A stretch of 64,000 bases of DNA from Takakia lepidozioides (lineage: Eukaryota; Plantae; Bryophyta): contig CM060731.1 in the NCBI GenBank assembly GCA_030704615.1, forward strand, positions 46,996,001-47,060,000, given 5' to 3'. Below the pieces are notes generated by a model that saw nothing but the letters and a program-made list of their open reading frames with translations, ran no database searches and had not been told where the DNA came from. A program made the position numbers and the translations under genes. Below, piece by piece: positions 35,191 through 48,300 of the stretch (positions are counted from its first letter, which is position 1; the number at the start of each line of letters is the position of its first letter).

Positions 35191-36025
35191 ACGCCCTTGG
35201 TCCATTCTTGGATTATTTCTATAATCCTGATTCCCTGGCTGGTAATTCCCCCTTGGATTACCTTGATATGGGATTGCCTTGATAATTCCCTCTTGGATTA
35301 TCTCTTCCTACCATACCATTGTTATATCCACCAGGCCTACCATAGTGGTCCTGGTCATTGTTTCTTCTTGGTTGGGGTTGCACTTGATGCACCCTCATCT
35401 GCCTTGGTTCCATTGTAGCTGTCCTTCTGTTGTAATAACAATTCTCAGTAGAATGGTTATCCATTTTACAGATAGTACAGTGTTTCTCCTTCATGTGGCA
35501 TTCAACTGTGGTATGGCCTTCATTTTGGCACTATGCACACCAAACACCCTTCCTCCAATGTGTTGCAGCCTCTGTGACATATTTTTTCAAGATTTCTTCC
35601 AATCTTTTTTCATAGCTGTCCCTCTTCAACTTTTCCTTCTTCTTGCTCTTCTTCCTCATCTGACTCATCCTCACAGTCATCATCATCTGTTTTATCCTTC
35701 CTGACCGATTTCCCTTGCTCAATTCTGTTGGCTGTTTCAAATGCCTCCTCCACTGTATTATGGGGTAACATATCCACTTTCTTTTGTAACTCCGGTCTCA
35801 GTCCACTCACAAACCAAGTCTTTTGTAAACCTGCTGGTGGCACATCAGACAACTTCTTGACCAGTAACTCCATCTTCTCTAGATATTCTTCAACAGTTTC
35901 ATGCTTCTTTTGTCTCAACTGTTGTAGATTACCGTACACTTCATCCTTAGTTTTGTTTGTCCTGAACCTGTTTCGGAATGTTGTACTAAGGCCATTCCAG
36001 GTTTGAAAATGATTATTGGGAAATC
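35191..36025 (-). mobile_element. Ty3/gypsy gag fragment
   Basis: LRQKKHETVEEYL...WFVSGLRPEL (retrotransposon gag), then a zinc knuckle and CTICKMDNHSTENC. Confidence 0.8.
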
Positions 36026-37933
36026 CGCCTAAGTCCCAGACAGCCCTATAACATTATCCCTCCCTCTCTGAAAAAGCCGTGCCCTCACGGTTAATGTGTG
36101 GGGTCTTCATACCTTGGCGAACGGGCACCTTTCCGTGGACAAGAGTCAGTGCGAGGGCTTAGAGTTTTAGCCCGAACGGCATCTGACCGTGGCGGAGATG
36201 ACTGTCTGCTGATAGGAGCGGATTGTCCTGGCCGAATATAGTGGGGAAGCCCTTCAGGAATAGGAGAGCTCCTCCGTGCTTTGTCACCCATGACCTGTTC
36301 ATACTACTCTGCCATGTCCAACACATCTTTACTGGACGAACCCGAGACATGGGGTTCCTTTGCATTATGCTGATCTTTCTGGCTCCTGTGCTGAACTAAT
36401 AGGTCCATGGGCATCCCATCAATGCCTACCATGTCTGGAACATTGTCAAGACAAGCTCTGTCAACTTTCTTTCTAGCCGGGGCAGTATATGTGCGCAATG
36501 CACCCTCCGTGTAATTGGGTGGTTTGTGGAGATGTTTGGAGGTCTCGAGCCATTGCCTAGCCATCTGCCCCTTAAAAAAAAGATGATTATGATCCCAGAG
36601 AGTCTGTCTCAGGTGATCTTGGGCCTGCTGAAACCAAGACTTGAGTTGTGTGTAATGCTGAAGCATGAACCTGACATCATGATATGTAAACTGGGGAGGC
36701 AAAGGCAGTTGCCATTGAGGTCCATTGGAAAAAGAAGGATACCTCTGATGCATTGTTTGTCGCTCGATCTGATATCTGAGTAGAAAACACGTTGCATAGT
36801 AAGTACCACATCCCATGACAATTGCCTCCTTGGTTTTGGTTGACACCGGACCATGAATAACTTGGAATGCCAGCAACTCCTTCATCATGACACTTGCGCC
36901 GTGGCACCACTGAGCAAAGACATGATCCTCCAACTGTGTGTTCGCATCAAAAACTTTGTGCCTTGTTGCCAATGGCAACCAATGACGCATGATGTGGTAA
37001 TATAGCCCCAACGATTGCACATGTGAGAAATGTTTCCAAGCCATTTCCATGACTTGGGGAATTTGCCCAAGAGGTAGAATTACATCATCATTATAGGCCT
37101 GCCGAGCAAAAGTCTGTGGTGGTACAATTGGTTCATTCCAGACAGCAAGCTGAGTGTCTGGCACTTGAGTGTCCAAGTCCATAAGTGATACCTTGGGTGA
37201 CTGTGACGTTGTAGCCCCTGTATCCAAGTCTGGTTTAGCTTGTGCCTCATTGACCTCCAATTGTCGCCGCTTCTTTATGCCAAAGATCAATTCATCCACT
37301 TGAATATGAAGAGTGTCCACGTCTTCCTGCAAACCAGCTATTGTACTATACACTCCGTCAATAGTATTGGTGGCAATGTCCTGCACTTGCTGTTGGAAAT
37401 CTATGATTTCGTCCCTAGTTAATTTGCGAGGGACCTTGCCATCTACCGGCTCGCCGTTCAACCATAGTTGAAGAATGTGATCATCAACCTGCTGACGAGT
37501 AGAACTTCGCAGTTTTTGCTCCTCTTCGCATTGGAATGCCTTCACCTGGTGTTGTAAGCTTTCCATTATGGTCTTGTAAGAATAAACCAAGGCAGCAAAA
37601 GTACCCATCACATGGTTAGCTAGGCTTTTGTCCTGCCTTAGTGTTCTCAACAATGTCCTTCATGTGTTGAAGAACCAGTTGCTTTTGTAAAATGGTCTGT
37701 GACCGATTGTCTTTTTGGATTCTCAACTCCTTAATTGACCCGACATTCAGAGCAATGGTCTTCTCCATCTCAGCAATGCGTTCGGCTTGTTGGATGTTTT
37801 GAATGCGAGCCTTGGCATACTGTGCTACTGTGTCCCTTACATCACCATGCGCGGTCTCCAAAACAGACTTCAACTCAGCATTGTGCGTGGTAAGGTGGTG
37901 ATTAGCTTTGACCAACTCATCATTGAGTAGCTT
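36026..37933 (-). pseudogene. C-terminal part of probable retroelement accessory ORF (coiled-coil + unknown domain)
   Basis: ORFs 37616-37966, 36304-37653 and 36091-36291. Direct diverged copy at 50895-52800. Confidence 0.5.
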
Positions 37934-38572
37934 GAACTGTTGATTAAGGAGTTTATGATTGTGCACAGGAATAGTAGAACCTATTACCCACAGGGCAATG
38001 GGCAGGCAGAGGCCACCAACAAGATATTATGCACTATCCTTGCTAAGATAGTCAATGCCAACAGAACTGATTGGGATACAAAGCTATTAACAGCTTTGTG
38101 GTCATACATGACTTCATACAAGGTCACCACCAAGTATATACCATTCCAATTAGTCTATGGCATGGAAGCTCTACTTCCAATGGAGTTCTTACTACCTACC
38201 ATGAGAACTGAATAGGGAAGGAGAATGGAATTGGAGGATTCAATTAAAGTAAGGAAACATGAACTATATCATGTGGAATAAGTACGTGCTAATGCAGCAG
38301 ATAATATGGCCATAATTCAGATAAAAAGAAAGGATCGGTTTGATGAAAGCAAACTAAAAACTTTTAAAACAAGAGATTTGGTACTGTGGTTGCAGAATAA
38401 GGGAAAGATTAAAGCTTCTAAGCTGAAATCACCATGGAAGGGACCTTATGTCATACATAAGATGTATGATAACAATACAGCTATGTTACAAACAATTAAC
38501 AATGAAATGATTGGTAGAGTCAATGCCAACAAGTTGAAGAGATACAGTGGTATCCATGATAGACTATTGTAG
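37934..38572 (+). mobile_element. Ty3/gypsy integrase C-terminal fragment
   Basis: YYPQGNGQAEATNK...PFQLVYG...KLKSPWKGPY (GPY/F motif)...VNANKLKRY. Confidence 0.85.
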
Positions 38573-39710
38573 CATGATTTGCATCTTGAAACACAGACGC
38601 AGTCACAGACTACACCAGTAGCACCAACGGAGCATAAAGCACTTGTCATAACGCCGAATGTGTATGGCTATAGCAGAGAACACAGGTGTTCACACAGCCA
38701 ACACAGCCTACCATAGTCAGTCACAGCCTGTCACAGGCAACACGGCCCACATAGGTTGCATAGTCCATTGGAGCAGTGACAAGTGGACGCGGGTTAACGA
38801 CATTGAAATGGCCGATAAGTAAAAAGACAGCCTGGGAGTCAAATTCGGAGAAAACGCACTTAAAACCATGAACCATAATCAAATACGACCAAATCCTGCA
38901 GAAACTACATCGAAAACAACTGACAACGAAACAAACAACGGATGAACAAGGGAGCTGGAAGCAAGCAGCGGGGAAGAAGCCTAAAAGAAATTTGGGCGCC
39001 TAAAAGAAAAAACATGTGGCGGGGTTTTATTCAAGCAACGTTTATGCAGGCTAAAGACCCCACGCGTGGGCCGTCAGATGTTTGCGCCAGTGGTCACACG
39101 GGCTCCGCCCTCATTCCAAGTGGCTTAAACATGTGCCTTACCCTACACAAATAGATAATGATAAAGATAAAGTTTATTATTATTATTATTACTATATTTA
39201 TTTAAAAAAAAAAGTTTCTCAGTCACAAATAGACTGGGGCTTCATCCCCTTTACTTTTAAAAAAAGACTAAAAAAGACTAAAAAAAAAGACTAACGACTG
39301 TCCCTTCTTACTTGGATCTTCTATTATTGGGTTGAATAGCCTTTAACTTAATTATAGCGCCCTTTGCTACGATTGAGAGCTTTTGGCAACTCAAAAAAGA
39401 AGAGAAACTGCATAGCTTTATAAAAAGACCCAAGTGGGGTGAGTGTACAAATGGGTGTAACTGTCCCCAAGAGGAAACAACCAAAGCTCGCACAGCTAGA
39501 TATATTGACACAAAGAAAGAAAAACGATTGGCTTGTTGAGTAGCAGGGCGGGGGTCAGTGTTGTGGGGTTGCTTGAACAGCAAGCACGCTAGTATTTAGG
39601 TACGCAAACACCTTGTTTCTCCTTCTCGCTTCACTCTGTCGCCCTCTTCCTTCGCAGACCCGTGTTGAAGTCCGAGTTAAAGAGAGGTTCTCAACAGCGT
39701 CGCCTTGACA

Positions 39711-40910
39711 ATGTCTACGCGCAAGGTTCGTCGCAGGGATCTCTCAGGCTGTCGTCGTGCTGCACCAGTGCTCACCCTCGTGGACAAGGAGGTCATGGAC
39801 CCGGAGGTGTGGGGCAAGCTACCGTGCGACTTACTGGACAGAGCGCTTGCATGCTTAGATTGTAGAGATATCTTCCGCTTACTGACGGTGTGCAAGCGGT
39901 GGCCCGCAAATCCAGGTTTTATGCATCTTTGCAATGAAGTGGGTCTTCGTCAAATATTGGAGCCGTCCTTCCTTTTTAGCTTGTCTGACGGTAGCATATC
40001 ACGTACTGTTATGGAGTTTTGGGATCCTTCAAGGGGAGTGTTGCACAAGATGGACCTCTCATTTCTTACGCCTCATTTGTTTCATTGTGACGCAACAAAA
40101 GGACAAGTTGTGTCGCACCATCGACCATTTTCGCATATCCAATCTGCAGATGGAGGTCTCTTTTCCATCAAATCAAGCTGTACCTGTGGGGATTTCCACC
40201 TCACGGTGTTCAACCCAATCTCGAAGTGTTGCAGACGACTACCTCCAGTGCCTACAGTTTACCGAGAAGATGGCATAAACTCTTTTGGTCAATTGGTGGT
40301 GGATAGGAGTACCGGTGGGTACAAGCTTATTTTGCTATTTGCTACAACTTTGGCTACCGAAAGAGTTGCAGTGAACAAGACTTTGGTATACGACTCTATC
40401 TCCAACTCGTGGAATGAGACAGGAAACATGCCACCACTGGGAGCCCGGTTTATGAAGTTTGCCAAATGCGGCAACGTGATGTACGCCATGACCTCTCGGT
40501 GGCGGAAATTATTTGCTTATGACATACTTGGCACTGGAGCGTGGGCGGAGGTTCGGACACAGATCCCCAATCACTCAAGTGCATGTCCAAAATATTTGGT
40601 GGAAAGTCGGGGCCGCTTGTTGCTGGCTGCAGTGGTTAAGAGTGGCACACTCGATACTCCATGTTTGTGGGAGTTCAATGTCTCCAGTCGAGAATGGAAG
40701 CAGTTGCCAATAATGCCTCGTCAAGATTTGTTTTTATTTTGTGCGGGAGGGTGTGGTGATAAAGTAATTGTGGAGCGCTTTAACTCATCAGGAGTGCTGG
40801 TATTTGATACTGTACAAAACTCATGGGAGAGGCAGACACTTCCCTACTATTCCGGCTACAGTATAAGGGAGCTGAAGGCTGGAAAGTTTTGTAGGGGAAT
40901 AACTGTGTAA
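39711..40910 (+). CDS. Intronless F-box protein with kelch-like/FBA beta-propeller C-terminus
   Basis: MDPEVWGKLPCDLLDRALACL...LLTVCKRW is an F-box. Also VFNPISKCCRRLPP, TLVYDSISNSW and LVESRGRLLL. Open 399-codon frame from the ATG at 39711. Confidence 0.88.
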   Translation: MSTRKVRRRDLSGCRRAAPVLTLVDKEVMDPEVWGKLPCDLLDRALACLDCRDIFRLLTVCKRWPANPGFMHLCNEVGLRQILEPSFLFSLSDGSISRTVMEFWDPSRGVLHKMDLSFLTPHLFHCDATKGQVVSHHRPFSHIQSADGGLFSIKSSCTCGDFHLTVFNPISKCCRRLPPVPTVYREDGINSFGQLVVDRSTGGYKLILLFATTLATERVAVNKTLVYDSISNSWNETGNMPPLGARFMKFAKCGNVMYAMTSRWRKLFAYDILGTGAWAEVRTQIPNHSSACPKYLVESRGRLLLAAVVKSGTLDTPCLWEFNVSSREWKQLPIMPRQDLFLFCAGGCGDKVIVERFNSSGVLVFDTVQNSWERQTLPYYSGYSIRELKAGKFCRGITV

Positions 40911-41039
40911 TGTGATGATTTCGTGGATCACCACAATGCTAGGTTTATGATTCTTGGTTAAGTTTAGGGTCGAAGACATGCGGGCAATCAAAGCATGTGC
41001 AACTCTGAGTTGTGGCCTGCATTGAGGAGGCATTTGGCA

Positions 41040-41151
41040 AGGTGCCAGGGGTGTCCTTCGAAGGTCACAGCTCTTTCGAAGGCCACATCTCTCTTCTTTC
41101 GTTCTTTCCATATCTTTTCCACCTATAAAGTACCGTTTCATTTCATTTCAT
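41040..41151 (+). mobile_element. Short LINE 3' end with (TTTCA)n tail
   Basis: TATAAAGTACCGTTTCATTTCATTTCA matches the tail of the LINE fragment at 42161-42620, in the opposite orientation. The 5' boundary is uncertain. Confidence 0.5.
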
Positions 41152-41821
41152 CTTTGCCGTCAACAGTACTCTAACCAGTCTCTATATGTCACGGTCCTGA
41201 AGCTTCTCTTGTGCGAGATTGGGCATTGAGATGCTGGACTAACTTAGGTACCCTATTCTTTGTTTGTTTTGTTTGAGGTGTTAGAGTGTTTGTTTACTTC
41301 AGTGTATTGATGCTCCCTGAATAGCAAGTTGAACATTGTTAGATACTTGCTATTCATGTCGTGGCCTAGAAGAGATGTGGCCTAGAGTAGCTATTAGATC
41401 TTTTTCGGTAGGACACATCTAGTAGATATATATTGAGCTCGGGGGAGAGAGGTTACATATCTTTTGTATATACCTCTGAAGTGCAGGGATAGAGAAGGAG
41501 ACAGTTAGCAAATTATATAGATGGGGTCTTGTCCAAGACAGAAGAAACGATGACTATAGAGGGTCTCTCTAAGTTACGATGCAGCTGGATGGCCATAAAC
41601 GTTTTTGTTAGCAGCCTTGCAGACATAATCGTCTCAAATCACCTGGCAAGGATGCAAATATTTTTGCACTATGGACCACTGGTATCAGTGCAGAGCCCAG
41701 GCAAGTTGGGCAAGAATCCTCAGTCCTTTCCCTCAGTACCATGCAGCATCTGGCAAAGAACGATGAACATATTACAAACAAGTCAATGCCTCCTGCGTGG
41801 AATTCCATGAAGAGCATAAGC

Positions 41822-41936
41822 CTGATGGCTTCCACAGTGTCAGCATGCCCACTGGGCTCCCCAAATGCACTACCATAGTGAAATCGGCCACTCATTACAC
41901 CTGCCTTTCCTCCAAGCAGCTCGATCATCTTTCCGA
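41822..41936 (-). pseudogene. NRPC2: Isolated exon of RNA polymerase III second-largest subunit
   Basis: VGKMIELLGGKAGVMSGRFHYGSAFGEPSGHADTVEAI matches the conserved plant RPC2 segment after SRMT. AG acceptor at 41938-41937. No other exons recognised. Confidence 0.7.
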
Positions 41937-42160
41937 CTGGGCCAAAGCCAACAAGAGTTACATGAAAAATAAAAATTATTAGCATGATCCAAAAGATTTG
42001 ACATTTAGAAAATTCAAAACCTCATGCGTGTCAATAGAACCGCATGGTCCAAAAACAATCTTGGTCTCGTGCATCTTGCATCAACTCATATAGTAGCAGC
42101 ACAGGAAGCGTCATGCCATGGACCCACTGGACCCGTTACCAATGATGACTCATGCTGTCC

Positions 42161-42620
42161 AGAATGAAATGAAATGAAATGGTACTTTATAACGTCCGCG
42201 GAAAGCTCATAGAGCTTATGGGACAAAATGGAAACATGAGAGAGGAACAAGTACAGAAACCACAATTAATGTTCTAGCGAATGTCGAAGGGTGAAGGCCT
42301 CGTGCAGGTAGGCTGCCAAGCATTTTTGATCCTCATAGTGGAAGACATCAGTGAGAGTTTGGGTTCCACTGAATAAACAGTGGAATCTCCCATGGATCTC
42401 GTAGTATAGAGGGCAGTAGAAGAAGAAGTGTGCTTCAGTTTCGATTTCCTGGCTGCGCCCTATGCAAGCTGGACATAGGCGGTCCTCCCGTTGCAGGTTT
42501 TCCCATCTGCCAGTCTCTATCCGTAGGTTGTGGGAACCCACCCTGAACCGCCCCGATGCCCTCAGGAGAATAAAAGTTAATACCGGGCTGGTTTCCACAT
42601 TGGGCTCCAACATCTGCTGT
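42161..42620 (-). mobile_element. 5'-truncated non-LTR retrotransposon (RTEX/L1-like C-terminal CCHC) with (CATTT)n tail
   Basis: FRVGSHNLRIETGRW...DRLCPAC...ETEAHFFFYCPLY. Microsatellite tail at 42161-42181. Confidence 0.8.
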
Positions 42621-43575
42621 TGGTAATGTCACAAGCATTCTGCCTGCAATCCATGAGCTATATCTGCAGTCTTATCCACCACATAGCAACAATGATCATG
42701 TCCAATCCTTGCAGAAGTTTGTCCTGTTCACCAGGATATAGTGAATGTGCAGTGGTTGACAAGGTGCCGCTTACGAGCAACGATGAGAATCACTTTGTGA
42801 TCAAATGCCTTATTCGCTATACTCGTCGGCCTGAAGTAAGCATGCGTATCTTGGACAAATCCCCAGTAGATTGTTGGTAAACTGTTTTAAACTTTTGTGC
42901 TCCAAAGACATGAACTACGGTTATCTTAACAGGATTCTAAGTTTTCTTCTCAAGGTGTTTTTTGTCAGAAGTTGAAGATCGCTTCTAGTGGTCATCTTCC
43001 TACGTGAATTTGTTTGCAGCCATCAGAGATTTAGATTTTGGGAGATGACCCTCGAAACGGTACTGCATGGTACTCAATAAATGCAAGATGCTTGGGTGAC
43101 TGCAGTACCTCATAACTAAGGCATTTGAAGACATTATCAACTGAGGAAATTGTCCATCATGCCAAACCCAACCATGACCAAATTTGATGTAATCAGAATT
43201 TCAGTAGAATCACCCGGAAGAACCTACGTCGTATCGCGAAGGCGGCACTGATGTGGTGTAATTGGCTCATAGATGTCTCTGAAATTGGCTCAGTGTCCAG
43301 CAGATGCTCTTGGAAAGAGAGAGAGAGAGAGAGACCTGTAGAGAAAGTGCGCGCAGTCGCGGGCCTCTAAACGATCATATCACCGGCCCGTGCCAGTCGC
43401 AGTGGTAGTCGTCCTTGCATAGACACTGAACGGCCAGTTTTTGTAACCGGTTCACCAGTTATCCCAGGTTTGAAGTCACCACAGCGAGGTCGGATGAAAC
43501 GGTAGGGAAATTCAAAAATTTATCCCAAGTCCATGACTTTCAAGCATCTCCCCTCAGAAGCACATTGTCAGCAAA

Positions 43576-45375
43576 ATGTCAGCAGAAGCGAATTCTCAGA
43601 GCTCTCAGAGCAGGCTTGGACCCATGACCCGTGAGGGTCTGCTTACTGCGTACGAAGCCCTTGAGAGCCGATTCCACAAACGCTACATTCTCTGGGACGT
43701 CAATTGTCCGGGCCTCGAGGATGGAGAGATTGCGTCGCCGCAATTGCAAGTGGAGAGTGCGGTGGACGTGATGAACCAGCACCCGCTGGTACATTCGTGG
43801 ACTTTTTGGTTTTCAGATGCAACCGCTCCTCCCGCCACTTACACAGTGGCGACGCGAGAAGAGTTTTGGTGGTACACATCCTATCTCTCCTCGTCATTTT
43901 GTCTTCATCTGGCCACCAATATTGTAGACGGGTGAACCCTAGCGTGTGAGCATTTGAATGTCGATTATTTGCTGCTAATTTGTCGAACATTCTTCTATAT
44001 ACCATTCAGTGAGTTATTAAGTCTGCTATTTGGATGCAGCCTGTACAACAATGTGATGCGACCTACCAAGCTCCTCGCTGGCACCCATACCATTAAGTGT
44101 TTCAAGTGTCTCCACGTCTTCAAGGACGGAAAGGAGCTTCTTCACGACGAGGACAAAGAGGAAATGGGTGACGAGGAGGACCTTCGAGAGTGGGAGGGTC
44201 CCACATTTGCAAATGGTGGCAAGTGGACTGCGAACACTCGCTGTGGCAAGAGTGCCCTTGACACTTTCTGGCTTCACACTGTAGTTTTCCTTTCCCCTCT
44301 TCTAAATGCATGAGGGTTGGCAGCAAGTGAAACTGCTGTAAGCACTACCGTGAGTACATTGGGTTAGAGCAGGATGACTGGCTGGTGCCTTCTCTTTCAA
44401 TTTGGATGATCTGAATTGTGGCTTAAAGGTCCTTGACATGATACTGAAGATAATAACTCATCACCAACCTGTTTGCCATGAGCGCGGGCAAATAAGGAAG
44501 AGTGAAAATAAATCATGCAGGACACTGTCTCATCTCTATCACCCACAACGTCTTTTCTGCAGGTCTCTTGTGTATTTGTTCATCACATTCTGTTTAACTT
44601 GTGGCTGCAGCTCTTGGCACTGATGGGGGAGGAGTTTGATGACCCTGATGAGATCTATGGGGCAGTGGTGAGTGTCCGGCGGGCACAGGGCAAGGTTGCC
44701 ATTTGGACCAACACTGCCTTAGATAGAGCTGCTCAGGTACTTTTATGTGGTTATGTTCCTGCTCAAATGTTTAGTGGAAATGATGGAAATAGCATCTGAG
44801 ATTATGTACTTACTAGGTGCTTGCCACAGGACTTGGCTGACCCACATTCCTGGCTTGGATGGTTTACAGAGAAAGGAAGACAGTGTGTATTTGAACTAGA
44901 TTGACACAGTGAATAAATAGCCTTTGGCCATAAACCCCTAAAAAATGGAGGGGGAGGGAGAAAAAGATAGGTGGGGCAAGGTAAGGGTTCATCTTATTAA
45001 CCTGGCATGGGGGTGCAGATAAGCATCGGGAGGAAATGGAAGGCTGTGTTGCAGGGCTATCATGATGAGCTTAGTTATTATTTCCATGTAAGTGATTTTT
45101 TCTCTGTACTTTTAAATCTCACACCTCTTAGAGCAGAGAGGAGAGATGAGGTATTGACGGTTGAATTTTAGACTTCCCACGTCTTATCTTTGCCTTCATC
45201 CCCTGTTTGGGCTTGCTCAGCCTAGAGATGGACTTATAAGACAGTGCTAGAAGTGGCCTTGTGGTCAGAGAGAGTGAGAGAGAGGGAGTTAAGACCTGCT
45301 ATATTCCAGAACCTGACATTTCTTTTGTTGTGTTTTCCCTAGGAGGACGACGAGATAGCTCGTTACACAGTGTAG
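43576..45375 (+). CDS. eIF4E: Divergent eukaryotic translation initiation factor 4E-family protein, 5 exons
   Basis: Exons 43576-43871, 44040-44280, 44611-44736, 45019-45087 and 45343-45375, all GT-AG and in frame. Motifs HPLVHSWTFWF, EEFWCLYNN, WEGPTFANGGKW, EIYGAVVSVR, IGRKWK and terminal RYTV*. Confidence 0.85.
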
Positions 45376-48300
45376 GGTTTCTTGAGCTACTGCGACTGGT
45401 ATTCTCTCAGAGATGGTGCTGCAGCTATGGTGGCTTTTTGCTCTAGAGAGAGAGACATATCCCCTTTACACACCAGACCTGCTGATTGAAGCATACATAT
45501 TTTATCCGTGCAGTGTACATTGATCCATTTTGGAGTTCCCATACTTTTCTGACCAAAACAGAGTACACAAATGTCCATGCTTGTTTACAAAACAGAGTAC
45601 AAAAATGTCCATACTATGTACATAAATGTCCATGCATACACCAGTACAGTCCCTACCCGTTCACTTTTTGTCCATAGCATGTGCTTGCAAATATTAGTTA
45701 TAATATTTGTAAATGTTTTTTTATTAATTTAGAGTCTCTAGGGTTTGGGGTTTGAGGGCTAGGGTTGCGATTTTCTCCTTGGTATGATTTGTTTTTTGGC
45801 TGAAATTTGTTTTGTGAAGATACACACACATGGTACTACAACTCTGCAAAAGATTGGGAGAAAAAAATTTAGTGCCTCCAAAAAGTGTGTTCTTTGCTCA
45901 TTTGTCACACCAATCTACGGAAGTAGAGCATGTAGTTGAAGTGATCTTTAAGGTTTGAAGTGCAAATGATGTGACCACATGTGGAACCTCTTGTATATGA
46001 ATTTATTTTAACACGACGCTTTGCATGAACAATGTGCATGTTGTTAGGAAGCTTGGGAATCGATAACAAAGTGAAAAACAAATTGTATCAAGGCCAATTG
46101 GCAATGTTTACCCCTACAAATCATGTACAGGGCAATGACATGGTTTTTGGCCAACTAGGAATTTTTGGAATGTGAAACTTTCCATGCACAATCTATATAG
46201 GATCCTTTAGCATGCGCCAAAAAATCGCACTGAAATTTTTTTATGTCAATGCTATTTCATAAGTTTAGCACAACTTTGTATCATGATATGGACATGGTAT
46301 GGACAATTGTGTACATAGCGTGGACATTTGTGCACATTGTAAAGATGTTTGTGTACTCTAATAGCTAAGAAGAAAAGTGACCAGTTGATGGAAAATGTCA
46401 GAATGTGCAGAAAAGAAAGGTGAAGGAAGTTTTGTGTATTTGGGTAGTATAGGGTGGTTGGTTAGTAAGTTTATAGAGGTTGGTTACTTTTGGTTAGTTT
46501 TGTGTACTAGTTTACATTGTGCTTTTCATTGGTTTTTCTTTTTTTCTACATGTGGAATGGAATTGTTTTGGGTTAAGCATTTCTGTGACCAAAGTGTTCG
46601 TTGACTGTGCTGAGTCGACAGTGACATGGAAACTAGTGGAAACCACAAAAACTAAAACTACAAGAAACAAAGTAAACCCTAAACTAAAGGAAGCTCACTA
46701 GACCAAAACTACTTACAAGCTTGAGAGACGAAACAACGAGCTGAAGAAAACCAATTTCTTCATGGATAGACGCAGTTTCGAAGTTTGCCAATTCCTCTCT
46801 AACGTTGAGCTTCATGACTAGATCGGCTGAAAGGGTTCTAGTTTCTTTCTCAGAATCTTTCTTTAACTATCCTTGGAGCAAAGCTTCTTTGTCTGTGAAT
46901 GTCTCTGGTTCCAACACCAATCTTTGATTTTGGGTAGTTGAAGCCCACAGCAAGACCTACAGCCACTAGCAGTGTGCTTTCTGGTTTAGGGTGGATACAT
47001 AACCAATATATAACAACCATATTTATCACAATGCAAGCATGCTCTTGGTCAAACAAGATGAACGCCTTCATTTGTCTTGATCAGTAGTTGGAGGTCACAC
47101 ATGTCACTGAAACCCAACTGTTTTCAGATGTGTAACTTCATATGCTTTAATCCAAAAACACTTACAATAGTTTGCACAAGGAAAAACATATTGAATCTGC
47201 AAAAACGTAGCCAGATAATGTGAGGGAAGTTACGGCAGATCGATTACAAGGACTATCAATTTCCACCTCAATACATCCAGTTTGCAGTAGCAACACATAG
47301 CAAAGAATCAATGTTTGTGCAGCCTTTACGTCGATCAACGATCCCAAGCTTACTTCAGAACTGTCGATCACAAAGTTCCGGGTTGCAAAGTGCTTGTAGA
47401 CCAGCTTTGGTATTCTTTAATTTCATCCAACTCAAAGGCATTGGATCACGACTGAATTGGGAATTCCATGGCATTCATTGGCATGCCATTTCAATCAGAT
47501 AATGGTGAAGCAGGGTTAGCACACTGGAGTGAGCCCCTCACAAAGGTAGTCTCTGTTACCTTCTATTATGCACAGGGTCCATGGCCCCAAGGCTACAGCA
47601 AACCATTCATAATTGCTATATGCATGAGGTCTAATTGCTATGTGCATGAAGTGTTCACTCTTGCACTTCAGATTGACCAATAACCAGCCTAAAAACCAAA
47701 CAAATGACGGAAGGTGAAGGAACTTTTGTGTACTTGGTTAGTTTCTTGGGGGTTGATTTTTTATGTTGTTTTCAAAAAAACAAAATTGCAGATGTATTAG
47801 GACTCCTCCATATCCTCCATATCACCATAGGAGTCTGAAGAGGTTTCTGAAAGAAACCAAGACAAAACAGCCTTACTAAGTAAGGCACAAATTTCTCTTC
47901 CACTCTTGGGTGATTGGGGTGGGTGGTGGGGTTTGTTTAGAATACCCTTTCCTCACCATGTTCATTTGTGTGATGTTAGCTCTGCAAGTGTACTTACTAC
48001 CACATGGATAGATTCAGAGATACTCAACCTTTGAGAATCACAGGACAAAAGCATCAATACCCTTTCAGCAACATTGAAGAGTAGGGAAAAATGTGTATAA
48101 TACCACAGCTACAATCAGACTATGTTTACTGCTATATACCTCCATAGCTGCAGTCAGACTATGTTTACTGTGCATGCCTTGTGGGCCTCATGACTACATT
48201 TGGTGTTACAGGGGCTCCCACTAAGACCAGACACATTACGTTATCCACTAAGACCAAACACATTGCTCGGGTCACAACATCGCCACCATATCACAGGAAC

